Assembly: GCA_963836235.1 (NCBI GenBank)
Contig: CAWIIP010000004.1
Coordinates: 1-64,000, forward strand
Direction: 5' to 3'
Source: an uncultured Pseudomonadota bacterium
GTDB lineage: Bacteria > Oederibacteriota > Muellerivitia > Muellerivitales > Muellerivitaceae
Length of the DNA: 64,000 bases
Of this stretch, positions 45,010-54,186 are shown piece by piece. Under the pieces are notes generated by a model. It ran no database searches. It was not told the DNA's origin and worked only from the letters and a program-made list of their open reading frames with translations. The position numbers were made by a program, and so were the translations under genes. Position 1 is the first letter of the stretch; each line of letters begins with the position of its first letter.

Positions 45010-46763
45010 GCGAGCTGGGTTATTTCGTAGGTCTTCAAGGGTTCCATGGTACCCCTGATGGCGATGGAGTTTAAGGGATTGGCTTTGGCACCGCTTTTGA
45101 TTTTATCGTAAGTTTCCTCGGAAAGGACCGTTTGTCCCGGGGCCGCCATGGCGCAAAGGCGGGCCACCACGTGAAGGGCCTCGCCGATGATGCTGTAATC
45201 GTAATGCTTGTTGGACCCCAAATTGCCCGCGACGACTGTGCCCGTATGGATTCCGATTCCCACCGTGAAAGGCGGGTACCCTTTTTTGATCCGGGAAATA
45301 TTGAAATCCCTCAAAGCCTCTTGAATTTCCAAAGCGGCCCTTACCGCGCGCTCTTCCTTGTCCTCGTGGGTGAAGGGCGCGCCCCAAACGGCGATGGCGG
45401 TATCGCCGATGAATCTATCCAGCATTCCCTCGTGTTTGAAAACGACGTCATTGATGATGCCGAAATATTGATTCAAGGCCTCCACGAGCGCTTCCGGTGT
45501 CATGTTCTCGCTCAGGGTGTTAAAACCCTTGAGGTCGGCCCGCAGCAAGGTACATTCGCGCTTTTCGCCCTTGAGGGAAAAATAATCCTTCTCGGCGAGG
45601 AGCTTGCGCGCCGCCTGGGGATCAACCACTTTGCCTAAGATCAGTGAAATTCGTTCCTTTTCTTTCAGGCTTTCCAGCATTTCCTGAAGGGCGCCGCCCA
45701 ATTGTCCCCACTCGGTCCAGGGATCTTGGGGGATCGAACCATTGAGGTTGCCTCTGGAAATGTCGTTTATGGATTGGAAGAGACGATGGAAAGAAGAGAC
45801 GTAATATTTGACGCCAATTCCCGCTAAAACCAGTACGAGGAAAAGGATGAGAAGACCCATCGTCAGGATGCGCCGTTGAGGCGTCCCTTCCACTGTTTGG
45901 GTTTGTTTCACAGGCTGGAAAACGGCCAGGTAAGCCATGGGCTTTTGGTCCAATCCCATAAGCGCGAAACCTCTTTCGAGAAAAGGATTGGCGCCCCAGG
46001 TGACGGGGAGGGCGGGTTGGGGGCTGGTGGTTTCCGGAAGCGAGGGAAGATGAATGCGCGGGGCTGGGATGGAACCAGTGCACCAGGTTTGGGATTGGGA
46101 ATAAAGGGCTATGTCGTTGACAGAGATGTTTTTGAACGACTTCATCAAGCTCCCATCGATTTGGGACCCCACGGCGACCACGCCCAGAATTTTATCTTTG
46201 CCTTCCACCGGCACCAAAAGAGTGAGAAAGGTTGAGTCTTGGAAGGTAAAAAGCCCGCCCGTTTTGGAACCCGCCAAAGCCAGGTCCATTCCAGGCCAAT
46301 CCTTGACGGAGGCCAACATCAGCTTTTTGGATTTGGGGTGGGATTTTGTTTTTTTGGCGGTGGCGGTCGGCGAGGGGGAGGGAGTGGGTTTGGTTATTCC
46401 CCGATTGTTGTAAAGGACATTGCCGTTATGGTCCGTTAGCAAGAACAAGGCGGCGGGGTTTTGGCCTAATTCCACTTCGCTAAGGTTTTTGAAAGGGCTA
46501 ACCGATGTGACCGGGCCTGCCAGGGCCTTTTTAAGGCTCTCCTTGGCGGCGAAATGGAGAGCGTTGAGAAGGTTGCGGTTGAATTCCTTGTCATAAATTT
46601 CGGATAACCCGTTGAAGCTTTGGGACAGGGAAGCCTGTGGATCGTTCACCACTGTGGATTTGACGCTCTTCTTCAAAGTCGAGGAGGCCATCCAAATAAA
46701 AAGGCCGAGGGGGAGGATGGCCAGAACGAGGAGGAAAGCCGGCACCAAGCGGAAGTTTTTCAA
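45006..46763 (-). CDS. Membrane adenylate/guanylate cyclase (periplasmic sensor, HAMP)
   Basis: 2 TM segments, HAMP-like segment, ADLKGFN, RFIGD, GIGIHTG and DYSIIGE. Confidence 0.85.
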   Translation of the reverse strand: MKNFRLVPAFLLVLAILPLGLFIWMASSTLKKSVKSTVVNDPQASLSQSFNGLSEIYDKEFNRNLLNALHFAAKESLKKALAGPVTSVSPFKNLSEVELGQNPAALFLLTDHNGNVLYNNRGITKPTPSPSPTATAKKTKSHPKSKKLMLASVKDWPGMDLALAGSKTGGLFTFQDSTFLTLLVPVEGKDKILGVVAVGSQIDGSLMKSFKNISVNDIALYSQSQTWCTGSIPAPRIHLPSLPETTSPQPALPVTWGANPFLERGFALMGLDQKPMAYLAVFQPVKQTQTVEGTPQRRILTMGLLILFLVLVLAGIGVKYYVSSFHRLFQSINDISRGNLNGSIPQDPWTEWGQLGGALQEMLESLKEKERISLILGKVVDPQAARKLLAEKDYFSLKGEKRECTLLRADLKGFNTLSENMTPEALVEALNQYFGIINDVVFKHEGMLDRFIGDTAIAVWGAPFTHEDKEERAVRAALEIQEALRDFNISRIKKGYPPFTVGIGIHTGTVVAGNLGSNKHYDYSIIGEALHVVARLCAMAAPGQTVLSEETYDKIKSGAKANPLNSIAIRGTMEPLKTYEITQLA

Positions 46764-46847
46764 GTTTTGAGGCCCTTCTTTGGAAAAGCTGGGTGAGTCA
46801 TGACCGCTACTATATTAAGGTTTCCCGAAAATTCAATCTTCCGGCCC

Positions 46848-48641
46848 CTATTGAATATAGCCTCCTTTTTGGAGGTTCCAGAGCTTCCGGTATAGCCCTG
46901 GCTTTCGGATCAGGGACTGGTGCGTTCCTTGTTGGACCACTCTTCCTTTGTCCAACACGACGATGATGTCGGCGCTCATGATGGTGGAAAGCCGGTGCGC
47001 GATCAGGATGGAAGTGCGCCCCTTCATCAGGCCTTGGAGGCCTTTCTGGATTTCGTGCTCCGTCTGGGAATCCAGCGAGGAAGTAGCCTCGTCCAAAACC
47101 AATATTTTTTTGTCGGCCAGCAGGGCGCGGGCGATGGAGACCCGTTGTTTTTCTCCGCCCGATAGCTTGACTCCGCGTTCGCCCACGATGGTATTTTCCT
47201 TTAAGGGGAGCGCCTCGATGAACTTCCCCAATTGGGAGAATTGAATGGCGGAAAAGACCTTTTCCCGGGAGGCCCCGGGGTTGGAGAAGGCGATGTTGTT
47301 ATAAAGCGTATCATCGAAGAGGATGCATTCCTGGGGCACCATGCTTAGGCTGTCCCGCAGGGACTCCTGGGCCACCTCCGCTATGTCGGCCCCGTCGATA
47401 GTGATGGTTCCGGTCTCCAGGTCGTAAAGCCGGTAAAGCAAGCGGATTAAAGTCGTCTTCCCGGCCCCCGAAGGCCCCACGATGGCCACTTTTTTGTGGG
47501 GAGGTATTTTCAGTGAAAAACCGGACAGGACTGGCCTTTTCCGGTAGGCGAAAGCCACATCCTTGAAAGCTATGGTCCCTTGGGACGGCCGCAGGGGTTG
47601 GGCGCCCGGTTTATCTTTGATCTCGTTTTCGATTTTTCCGTATTGGAAGAGGTCCTCGAAATCCGCCGTAGCCCGGTAGAGGTTCCGTATGCCGTAGACG
47701 AAGCTCGAAAGGGGTCCCAGAAGGGTGCCGAAAGTCGTGTAAATGAAGACGAAGGTGCCGATGCTGATGGCTCCCGCCATCAGGCTTTGAACTGAAAAGT
47801 AAACCAGGAAAAAGGCACCCAAGCCCAGGATGGATATCTGCCCGGATTCCAGCATCTTGTAGTAGTTCCAAAAATCTAATTGAAGCTGTTTGGTCATTTC
47901 GCTCAACTTGTTGAAGCGGTTTTTTACGTCGTTTTCTTTCGCGAAAAACTTGATGGAGTCGATATTGGTGAAGACGTCGGCGATGTTGCCCTTTTCCAGG
48001 TCGGACATGTTGTTGAAACGGGCGTTGGACTTTCTTTGCTTCTCGTTCAGGAGGAAGGAAAAGACGATATAAGCGAGAGTAGTTGTGAAGACCACCATCC
48101 CAACGGGCAGGGTGAAGTAAAAAATGGAGCCGCTGACCAGGATCATTTGGAAGAAAAGGGGAAGAATTTGGAAGATGATGACATCCGTCATAGTTTCGGC
48201 GGCTCCCGAACTCCGGGAAAGCCGGGAAATCAGGGAACCGGTCTTGTGGGAAGTGTGAAAACCGTGGGAGAGTTCCAAAAGATGGTTGAAATAAAAGCGT
48301 TTGATGTCGGTAATGAGGTCCGTCTCCAGAAGGTTGATGGAGCGCAAATAAAACCATCTTCCGATGGCCCTCGCCGCTGGAATGACCAAAAACAACCCGA
48401 AAAGCACGGGGAGAGAATGGGTGAAGTCCTCTGAGGTGATTTGATGGTGGGTATATTGGGTTCCAGCGTCGATAATCAACTTAAAGGCGTAGTTAATGGC
48501 CAGATCAAGGGAACTTAATATGAACACCAAGAAAACGAGAAAAAGGGCCGTCCATTTATATTTCTTCAGGAAGCCGAAATAAACGCTCAGGTTATATTTA
48601 AAGTCGATTTTTTCATCGTCGGATACCTCGATGCCGGCCAT
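46848..48641 (-). CDS. ABC transporter ATP-binding/permease (ABCB type)
   Basis: TM domain plus GPSGAGKTT, LSGGEKQR, LDEATSSLD and AHRLST. Confidence 0.93.
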   Translation of the reverse strand: MAGIEVSDDEKIDFKYNLSVYFGFLKKYKWTALFLVFLVFILSSLDLAINYAFKLIIDAGTQYTHHQITSEDFTHSLPVLFGLFLVIPAARAIGRWFYLRSINLLETDLITDIKRFYFNHLLELSHGFHTSHKTGSLISRLSRSSGAAETMTDVIIFQILPLFFQMILVSGSIFYFTLPVGMVVFTTTLAYIVFSFLLNEKQRKSNARFNNMSDLEKGNIADVFTNIDSIKFFAKENDVKNRFNKLSEMTKQLQLDFWNYYKMLESGQISILGLGAFFLVYFSVQSLMAGAISIGTFVFIYTTFGTLLGPLSSFVYGIRNLYRATADFEDLFQYGKIENEIKDKPGAQPLRPSQGTIAFKDVAFAYRKRPVLSGFSLKIPPHKKVAIVGPSGAGKTTLIRLLYRLYDLETGTITIDGADIAEVAQESLRDSLSMVPQECILFDDTLYNNIAFSNPGASREKVFSAIQFSQLGKFIEALPLKENTIVGERGVKLSGGEKQRVSIARALLADKKILVLDEATSSLDSQTEHEIQKGLQGLMKGRTSILIAHRLSTIMSADIIVVLDKGRVVQQGTHQSLIRKPGLYRKLWNLQKGGYIQ

Positions 48642-48845
48642 GCGCGAATAACTCCCAATTTGTAATGGATCGAATCCAAAGGTGTGAAATAGATTTAAGT
48701 CGAGGAGTTACTTTAAGGGAGGGAAGGGTGAAGTGTAAAGGCGTCTCACAAACTTGGCTTTAGTGGAAATGTTGTTGAGGGCCGAAATAAAAAAACGGAT
48801 GGGGTTTGGGCGGCCCATCCGTTGGGAAAAAAGATTGTTATGGAA

Positions 48846-49043
48846 TTATTTAGTGGGACCCGTGCTGTTGTTCGTGGGGCCGACGCTGTTGGCCGCCGGG
48901 CCCTTGGAACTCTTCTTGTGTCCGTGGTGGTGCCAGTTGCATTTTTTACCGCTGCAGGTGGACGAGGTGCCGTCCGCCAGGGCCATGCTTGAAACCGCGG
49001 CCGTGAAAATCATCGCCAAACCAAGTGCCATTATTTTTTTCAT
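48846..49043 (-). CDS. Small secreted His/Lys-rich protein
   Basis: Signal peptide MKKIMALGLAMIFTAAVSSMALA; AAGGAG SD; hairpin terminator near 48790-48823. Confidence 0.65.
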   Translation of the reverse strand: MKKIMALGLAMIFTAAVSSMALADGTSSTCSGKKCNWHHHGHKKSSKGPAANSVGPTNNSTGPTK

Positions 49044-49244
49044 TTTCTCTCTCCTTGATTAGGATTTAAAAGTACCTCAAATCCCTTGGGATTTAGACGC
49101 GCTATTTCCGAAAAAGTGTCGGCCTTGACCGAAAGACCCGGGGGGTGATACCCCTTCTTTCTTTCCCAATTGCTTGACCATCGGTTTTTAAAATAGATAT
49201 TATGGGAACCAGTCACCCGTTTAAAACCCATTGAAAGAGAGTTT

Positions 49245-49979
49245 ATGGCCCTACAACAAGAGCTGGAAAGAAGCGGTTCTTGGTTGTTTCGATATCGAAG
49301 TTTTATTCCCCTGCTGGTGGTCCCTTTTTGCGCCTTTTGCTTGTATTCTTCCGGCGATTTTAACCGTACCCACCTTAACAATGACCTCTGGCAATCCATT
49401 TGCTTAATCCTGTCCTTTGTTGGCCTCGCGATCAGGGTCGTCACCGTGGGCCATGCCCCCGTGGGAACTTCCGGGCGAAACACCCAGCGCCAAGTGGCGG
49501 ATACTTTAAACACGACGGGAATGTATTCGATCGTCCGGAATCCTCTGTATGTCGGGAATTACCTGATTCTCTTAGGTTTCCTGGCGGTATTTCAAGACCT
49601 GTGGCTGGTGCTTTTAATCACCTGCCTTTATCTTCTTTTCTATGAGCGGATCATCATGACGGAGGAAGCTTTCTTAAGGCGGCGTTTTGGAAAAACCTTT
49701 GAAAAATGGGCCGATAAGACCCCCGCTTTTATCCCCCGGTTCTTCCAATGGAATGCCTCCCGGCATTCCTTTTCCTGGCGGGAAGTCCTCAAACGGGAAT
49801 ACAACGCCTTCTTCGTCATTACCACTTTTTTTTCATTGGCCGATTTGGCGTTTGAATCCCTGGCCGCGGGCCGGTGGACGATGGACCCGGTTTGGAGATG
49901 GGTTTTTGTCACGGGCGTGGTTGTTCTGATTGGCTTGCGGACCCTGAAACGCCAAACAAAGTTTTTAAAAGCGGCGTGA
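49245..49979 (+). CDS. ICMT-family membrane methyltransferase, LmtA-like (lipid A 1-phosphate O-methyltransferase)
   Basis: MALQQELERSGSWLFRYRS, GTSGRNT..QVADTLNTTGMYSIVRNPLY and YERII..EEAFL. Confidence 0.75.
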   Translation: MALQQELERSGSWLFRYRSFIPLLVVPFCAFCLYSSGDFNRTHLNNDLWQSICLILSFVGLAIRVVTVGHAPVGTSGRNTQRQVADTLNTTGMYSIVRNPLYVGNYLILLGFLAVFQDLWLVLLITCLYLLFYERIIMTEEAFLRRRFGKTFEKWADKTPAFIPRFFQWNASRHSFSWREVLKREYNAFFVITTFFSLADLAFESLAAGRWTMDPVWRWVFVTGVVVLIGLRTLKRQTKFLKAA

Positions 49980-50054
49980 CGGTGAAAGATTTAGTTTAAG
50001 TCCCCGCTTTCGGTGCGCCAGCCGAAAAGGACCGTGAATTCAATTCACCAAGGT

Positions 50055-51215
50055 TTACTTGCCTGGTTGGCCCATGATCTTTTGGAAACCCGTCAAAAGT
50101 TGGGGATCGTCGAAGTTGAGGGTCCGCCGGTTGAAATGCTCGCCATTATCCCAAAGCATCGGGCAGATCCCCAGCCCGTAGACCTTTTGGGCCACCGACA
50201 AAATGTAAAGGCGCACGCTCTCAGGTTCCTTGGCCTTTACGGTCGCGCCATATTCGCCCAGGATGACCGGGATGCCCTGGTCCAGGAAACGGGGCTTCAG
50301 TTTTTGCATGTTCGTGTCCAGTTCGGCCAAGTCCTCCTTTGTCCCCCAGGTGGTCCGCATCTTGCCCCAGGACTCGTCCTTTTCCAGCCCGGCGAAGGTA
50401 TAGGGCGTGTAATAGTGAACTGAAACGATGGAATGGTTCTCCGGGTCTTTCGGCAGGACGAAATCCGGGTCCACCGTCAGGTCGATATCCGTGGCGTATC
50501 CGGCGATCAGGAGGTGGCGTTTGGCGTTCAGGCCTCCGGATTTGCGAACCAGATCGACAAAGGCCTGGTTGATGTTGTTGAGGATGCCATAGGCCTTTTG
50601 CTTTTGTTCGGGATTCGCAGGCCCATAGCGGTTCCAAACGTCGTTGAAGCAGCCTTCCTCGTTCAGGGACTCGAAGATCAGGCCGCCGGGATAATCCTTG
50701 AAATAGCCCGCGATCTGCGACCACATCCGGGTATAGCGCTTCATGGATTCGTCGTATGCCATCGGGAATTTGGACCACCAGCCGCCATCCCAGTGGATGT
50801 TGACCACCGCGATCATTCCGTCATTATGGACGTAATCGACGATCTCCTTGACGCGCGCCAATAGGGAAGGGTCGATCGTGTAATTGTCCCCCATCATGTT
50901 CGACCAGGCTACGGGTATCCGGATGGATTTGAAACCGGCCGCCTTGATCGCGTCGATCATTTCCGGGGTGGTCTCGGGATTGCCCCAAGCGGTCTCGAAA
51001 CTACGGACACTCGGTCCCTTGATCCATTCCCCGGCGCAATCCATCGTGTTGCCCAGGTTCCATCCCAGCCCCATGCGCCGGACGACCTCCACCGAACTCA
51101 GGTTTTCCAGGGCCGCGGGAGCGGCGTTTTGGGCGGGCAGGTTTACGGGAACCAAGCCAGCTAAAAGCGCCGCGAAACCGAGCCGGAAAACAGAAAGATA
51201 ATTTCGGATGGACAT
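50055..51215 (-). CDS. Glycoside hydrolase family 5 endoglucanase (GH5_4-like)
   Basis: MGLGWNLGNTMD, ETAWGNP, IRIPVAW, FESLNE, VHYY, ILGEYG and LWDNG. Confidence 0.92.
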   Translation of the reverse strand: MSIRNYLSVFRLGFAALLAGLVPVNLPAQNAAPAALENLSSVEVVRRMGLGWNLGNTMDCAGEWIKGPSVRSFETAWGNPETTPEMIDAIKAAGFKSIRIPVAWSNMMGDNYTIDPSLLARVKEIVDYVHNDGMIAVVNIHWDGGWWSKFPMAYDESMKRYTRMWSQIAGYFKDYPGGLIFESLNEEGCFNDVWNRYGPANPEQKQKAYGILNNINQAFVDLVRKSGGLNAKRHLLIAGYATDIDLTVDPDFVLPKDPENHSIVSVHYYTPYTFAGLEKDESWGKMRTTWGTKEDLAELDTNMQKLKPRFLDQGIPVILGEYGATVKAKEPESVRLYILSVAQKVYGLGICPMLWDNGEHFNRRTLNFDDPQLLTGFQKIMGQPGK

Positions 51216-51412
51216 GGACGGACTCCCTTAATTTTTGAGTAATATAAATTCACTTCAGGTGGATAGCCAAACAAATGAAGGTTATTATTGCGTGGAAACA
51301 CTCGAATTTAAGCCTTATCGAAGGTCCGCTTCCGAAGTTCGCTTCCGAACCAGACCATTTGATGATTCCAAGAATTCCTTGCCTGTCCACGTATGATATT
51401 ATTTGAATCTAT

Positions 51413-54178
51413 ATGATCCTCCCTTATAAGACAATTTATATGGCGGTCTCAGCGATCTTGGTTTTATTTCTCCATGACCAGTCTTTTCTCCGGAAGGTCC
51501 CTCAGAACTCGGCCCTTTTACGAACCAGTAAGGCGGGTTACGGCCAGATCCCCCTCGCCTTTGAGGCCAACCAGGGCCAAACCGATCCTTCCGTTAGGTT
51601 CCTTGCCCTTGGAAATGGTTACAGCTTGTTCCTCACTCCCACCCAGGCGGTTTGGGCCCTGCGGGACCGCCCCCGTCGGACGAGGTCCCGTTCCGCTTCC
51701 CGGACTTCTCCCGAAAAAACAGACTATCTTTGGATGAGTCTCAAGGGGGCTGACCCCAGGTGCCGGGCCGAAGGTTTGGGAGAATTGCCGGGGAAGAGTA
51801 ATTACTTGGTGGGCCAGGACCCTTCCCGGTACAAGACCAATACCCCCCAATTTGCGAAGGTCAAATTCACCGGTGTCTATCCCCACATCGACCTTTTCTA
51901 TTACGGTTCCACCGGGGGAAAACTTGAGTACGATTTCGTCCTCCAACCCCACGCCCGCCCTGAGGACATCCGTCTCCAGTTCCGCGGCGCCAAGAAGTTG
52001 TGGTTGAGGGATGATGGCAGCTTGGAAGTGGCGATGGGCCTCAAAAAAATGTCGTTCCAACTTCCGGCGGTCTATCAGAGTGGCACCCAAGGCAGGGAAA
52101 CCTTGAAGGGGCGGTTCGTGCTGCGGTCGGGGAATGAGGTGGGGTTCGAAGTGGCGGGTTACGACCCCTCAAGGCCCCTGGTCATCGACCCAACCTTTAC
52201 CCTGGTTTATTCCACTTATATCGGTTCCACCGCCGCTTACTTTCATAACGAGCTCGCCGACTTTTGCGTGGACCCTTCCGGGTTCACTTATTTGGTCGAA
52301 CCGGGTCCTGGCGGTTTTCCTTATCCCACCACCTCGGGGGCTTTTCAAACGACGGACAAGGGCACGATCAACGCCATCATCGTGAAATTGAACCAAGCCG
52401 GGTCGGCGTTGGTTTACGCGACCTACCTGGGGGGATCCGTGGAGGATCAGTGCTTTTCCATCGCCGCTGACGCCGGGGGGAACGCCTACCTGACCGGTTT
52501 CGCCGGCTCGTCCGATTTTCCGACAACGCCGGGGGCCTACCGGGCCGGCCCGCCTGTCGGCCCCGACGCCTTCGTTGCCAAGCTCAATCCCACCGGGACC
52601 GCGTTGGTCTATTCCACCTTGCTCGGCGGGTCAAGCCAGGACGTAGGGAGGAGCATCGTGGTGGACAGTGACGGGGACGCCTATGTGGGCGGGTACACCC
52701 AATCCACCGATTTTCCCACCACCTCCGGAGCCTTTATGACCACGAAACCCAGCGGGAGCCAATCCCTTTTCGTCACGAAAGTAAATCCCACGGGGACCGC
52801 CTTGGTCTATTCCACCTACTTGGGTGGATCGGGGAACGACCAGTTGGACGCCCTCGCAATCGATGGGTCGGGCGACGCATATGTGACAGGCATCACTTCT
52901 TCCACGGATTTTCCCACGACATCGGGAGCCTACCGGACCACCGCCAGCGGCAGTTCGGATGCCTTCGTGACCAAGCTCAACCCCACGGGTACCGCTTTAG
53001 CCTATTCCACCTACTTGGGGGGCAGCCAGCAGGACGAAGGCCAAGCCATCGCAGTGGATGCCTCAGGTAGCGCCTATGTGACCGGTTATACGGCCTCCGC
53101 GGACTTTCCCACGACCCCGGGTGTTTTGGGCCTGAGCCTGACGGGGACTGAGAATTGTTTCGTGACGAAATTGAGTCCCGCGGGGAACAGCCTAGTCTTC
53201 TCCACTTATTTGGGGGGAAAAACGGTTGATCTGGGTTACGGCATCACCGTGGATGGGTCGGGCCAGGTCTATGTGGGGGGGCTCACGGGCTCGTCGGATT
53301 TCCCCACAACCCCAGGCGCGCTCAAAACGACCTTTATCAGCTCCACGACCTTTTTTTCGCTCCTGAACCCTACGGCCACTTCACTGCTCTATTCAACCTT
53401 TTGGGGAGGGTCCGGTGGCGAGGATGACGGGGCACGGATCGGATTGGATTCTTCCGGCGCCGTCTATCTGGGAGGGGGCACCTATACCAGCGATTACCCC
53501 ACGACTGCGGGGGCTTACGAAACAACTCATGCCGCCGATAGCGAGGACCTTTTCGTGGCCAAACTGGTGATGGGGATCACCAATTCCCCCACCGCGACCA
53601 ACAGCCCGTCACCCACACCAACCCTTTCCAGCACGGCTACTCCGACCTCGACCGGCAACGCCACCAACACCCCCACCTTCACTCTTACTTCTACCTTCAC
53701 CTCATCCATTACCGACACACCCACTCCGACCGGCAGCTGGACCTCAACTCCCACCGTGACCGAGACCTTTACCCCGACAGGGAGCTACACCTTGACCTTC
53801 ACCCAAACTCCCACGGCTACCTTGACCCCTACGCCGACCAATACACCGGCCCTCACTTTCACACCCACCGGCACGTCCACCCTGGGATCGTCTTCCTTTG
53901 GTTTCTGTCCCCCCTATCCCAACCCCTCGGATGGTTCGTCACCGGTTTCTTTTTGCGTCGATGTGCCCGAAGGGTCCTTGGTCGATCTGGGCATTTACAC
54001 CACGGCTTTCCGGAAGATCTACGGCCGCCACCCCACTCTTTCGGGCCAAAACTTCCTGAATTGGAACTTGAGGGATGATTGGGGGACTCCCGCAGCCAAC
54101 GGGGTTTATTACCTGAAAATTCAAGTTACGGGAATCCAACCCGTGACCAAGATCTTCAAAATACTGGTTATCCGTTAG
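51413..54178 (+). CDS. SBBP (beta-propeller) repeat protein with Thr/Pro linker and C-terminal sorting-like domain
   Basis: PLAFEANQGQ N-terminal domain; repeated LVYSTYLGGS..D....IAVD..G.AYVTG.T.S.DFPTT; PYPNP...ANGVY...KILVIR. Confidence 0.88.
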   Translation: MILPYKTIYMAVSAILVLFLHDQSFLRKVPQNSALLRTSKAGYGQIPLAFEANQGQTDPSVRFLALGNGYSLFLTPTQAVWALRDRPRRTRSRSASRTSPEKTDYLWMSLKGADPRCRAEGLGELPGKSNYLVGQDPSRYKTNTPQFAKVKFTGVYPHIDLFYYGSTGGKLEYDFVLQPHARPEDIRLQFRGAKKLWLRDDGSLEVAMGLKKMSFQLPAVYQSGTQGRETLKGRFVLRSGNEVGFEVAGYDPSRPLVIDPTFTLVYSTYIGSTAAYFHNELADFCVDPSGFTYLVEPGPGGFPYPTTSGAFQTTDKGTINAIIVKLNQAGSALVYATYLGGSVEDQCFSIAADAGGNAYLTGFAGSSDFPTTPGAYRAGPPVGPDAFVAKLNPTGTALVYSTLLGGSSQDVGRSIVVDSDGDAYVGGYTQSTDFPTTSGAFMTTKPSGSQSLFVTKVNPTGTALVYSTYLGGSGNDQLDALAIDGSGDAYVTGITSSTDFPTTSGAYRTTASGSSDAFVTKLNPTGTALAYSTYLGGSQQDEGQAIAVDASGSAYVTGYTASADFPTTPGVLGLSLTGTENCFVTKLSPAGNSLVFSTYLGGKTVDLGYGITVDGSGQVYVGGLTGSSDFPTTPGALKTTFISSTTFFSLLNPTATSLLYSTFWGGSGGEDDGARIGLDSSGAVYLGGGTYTSDYPTTAGAYETTHAADSEDLFVAKLVMGITNSPTATNSPSPTPTLSSTATPTSTGNATNTPTFTLTSTFTSSITDTPTPTGSWTSTPTVTETFTPTGSYTLTFTQTPTATLTPTPTNTPALTFTPTGTSTLGSSSFGFCPPYPNPSDGSSPVSFCVDVPEGSLVDLGIYTTAFRKIYGRHPTLSGQNFLNWNLRDDWGTPAANGVYYLKIQVTGIQPVTKIFKILVIR

Positions 54179-54186
54179 GAACATGA

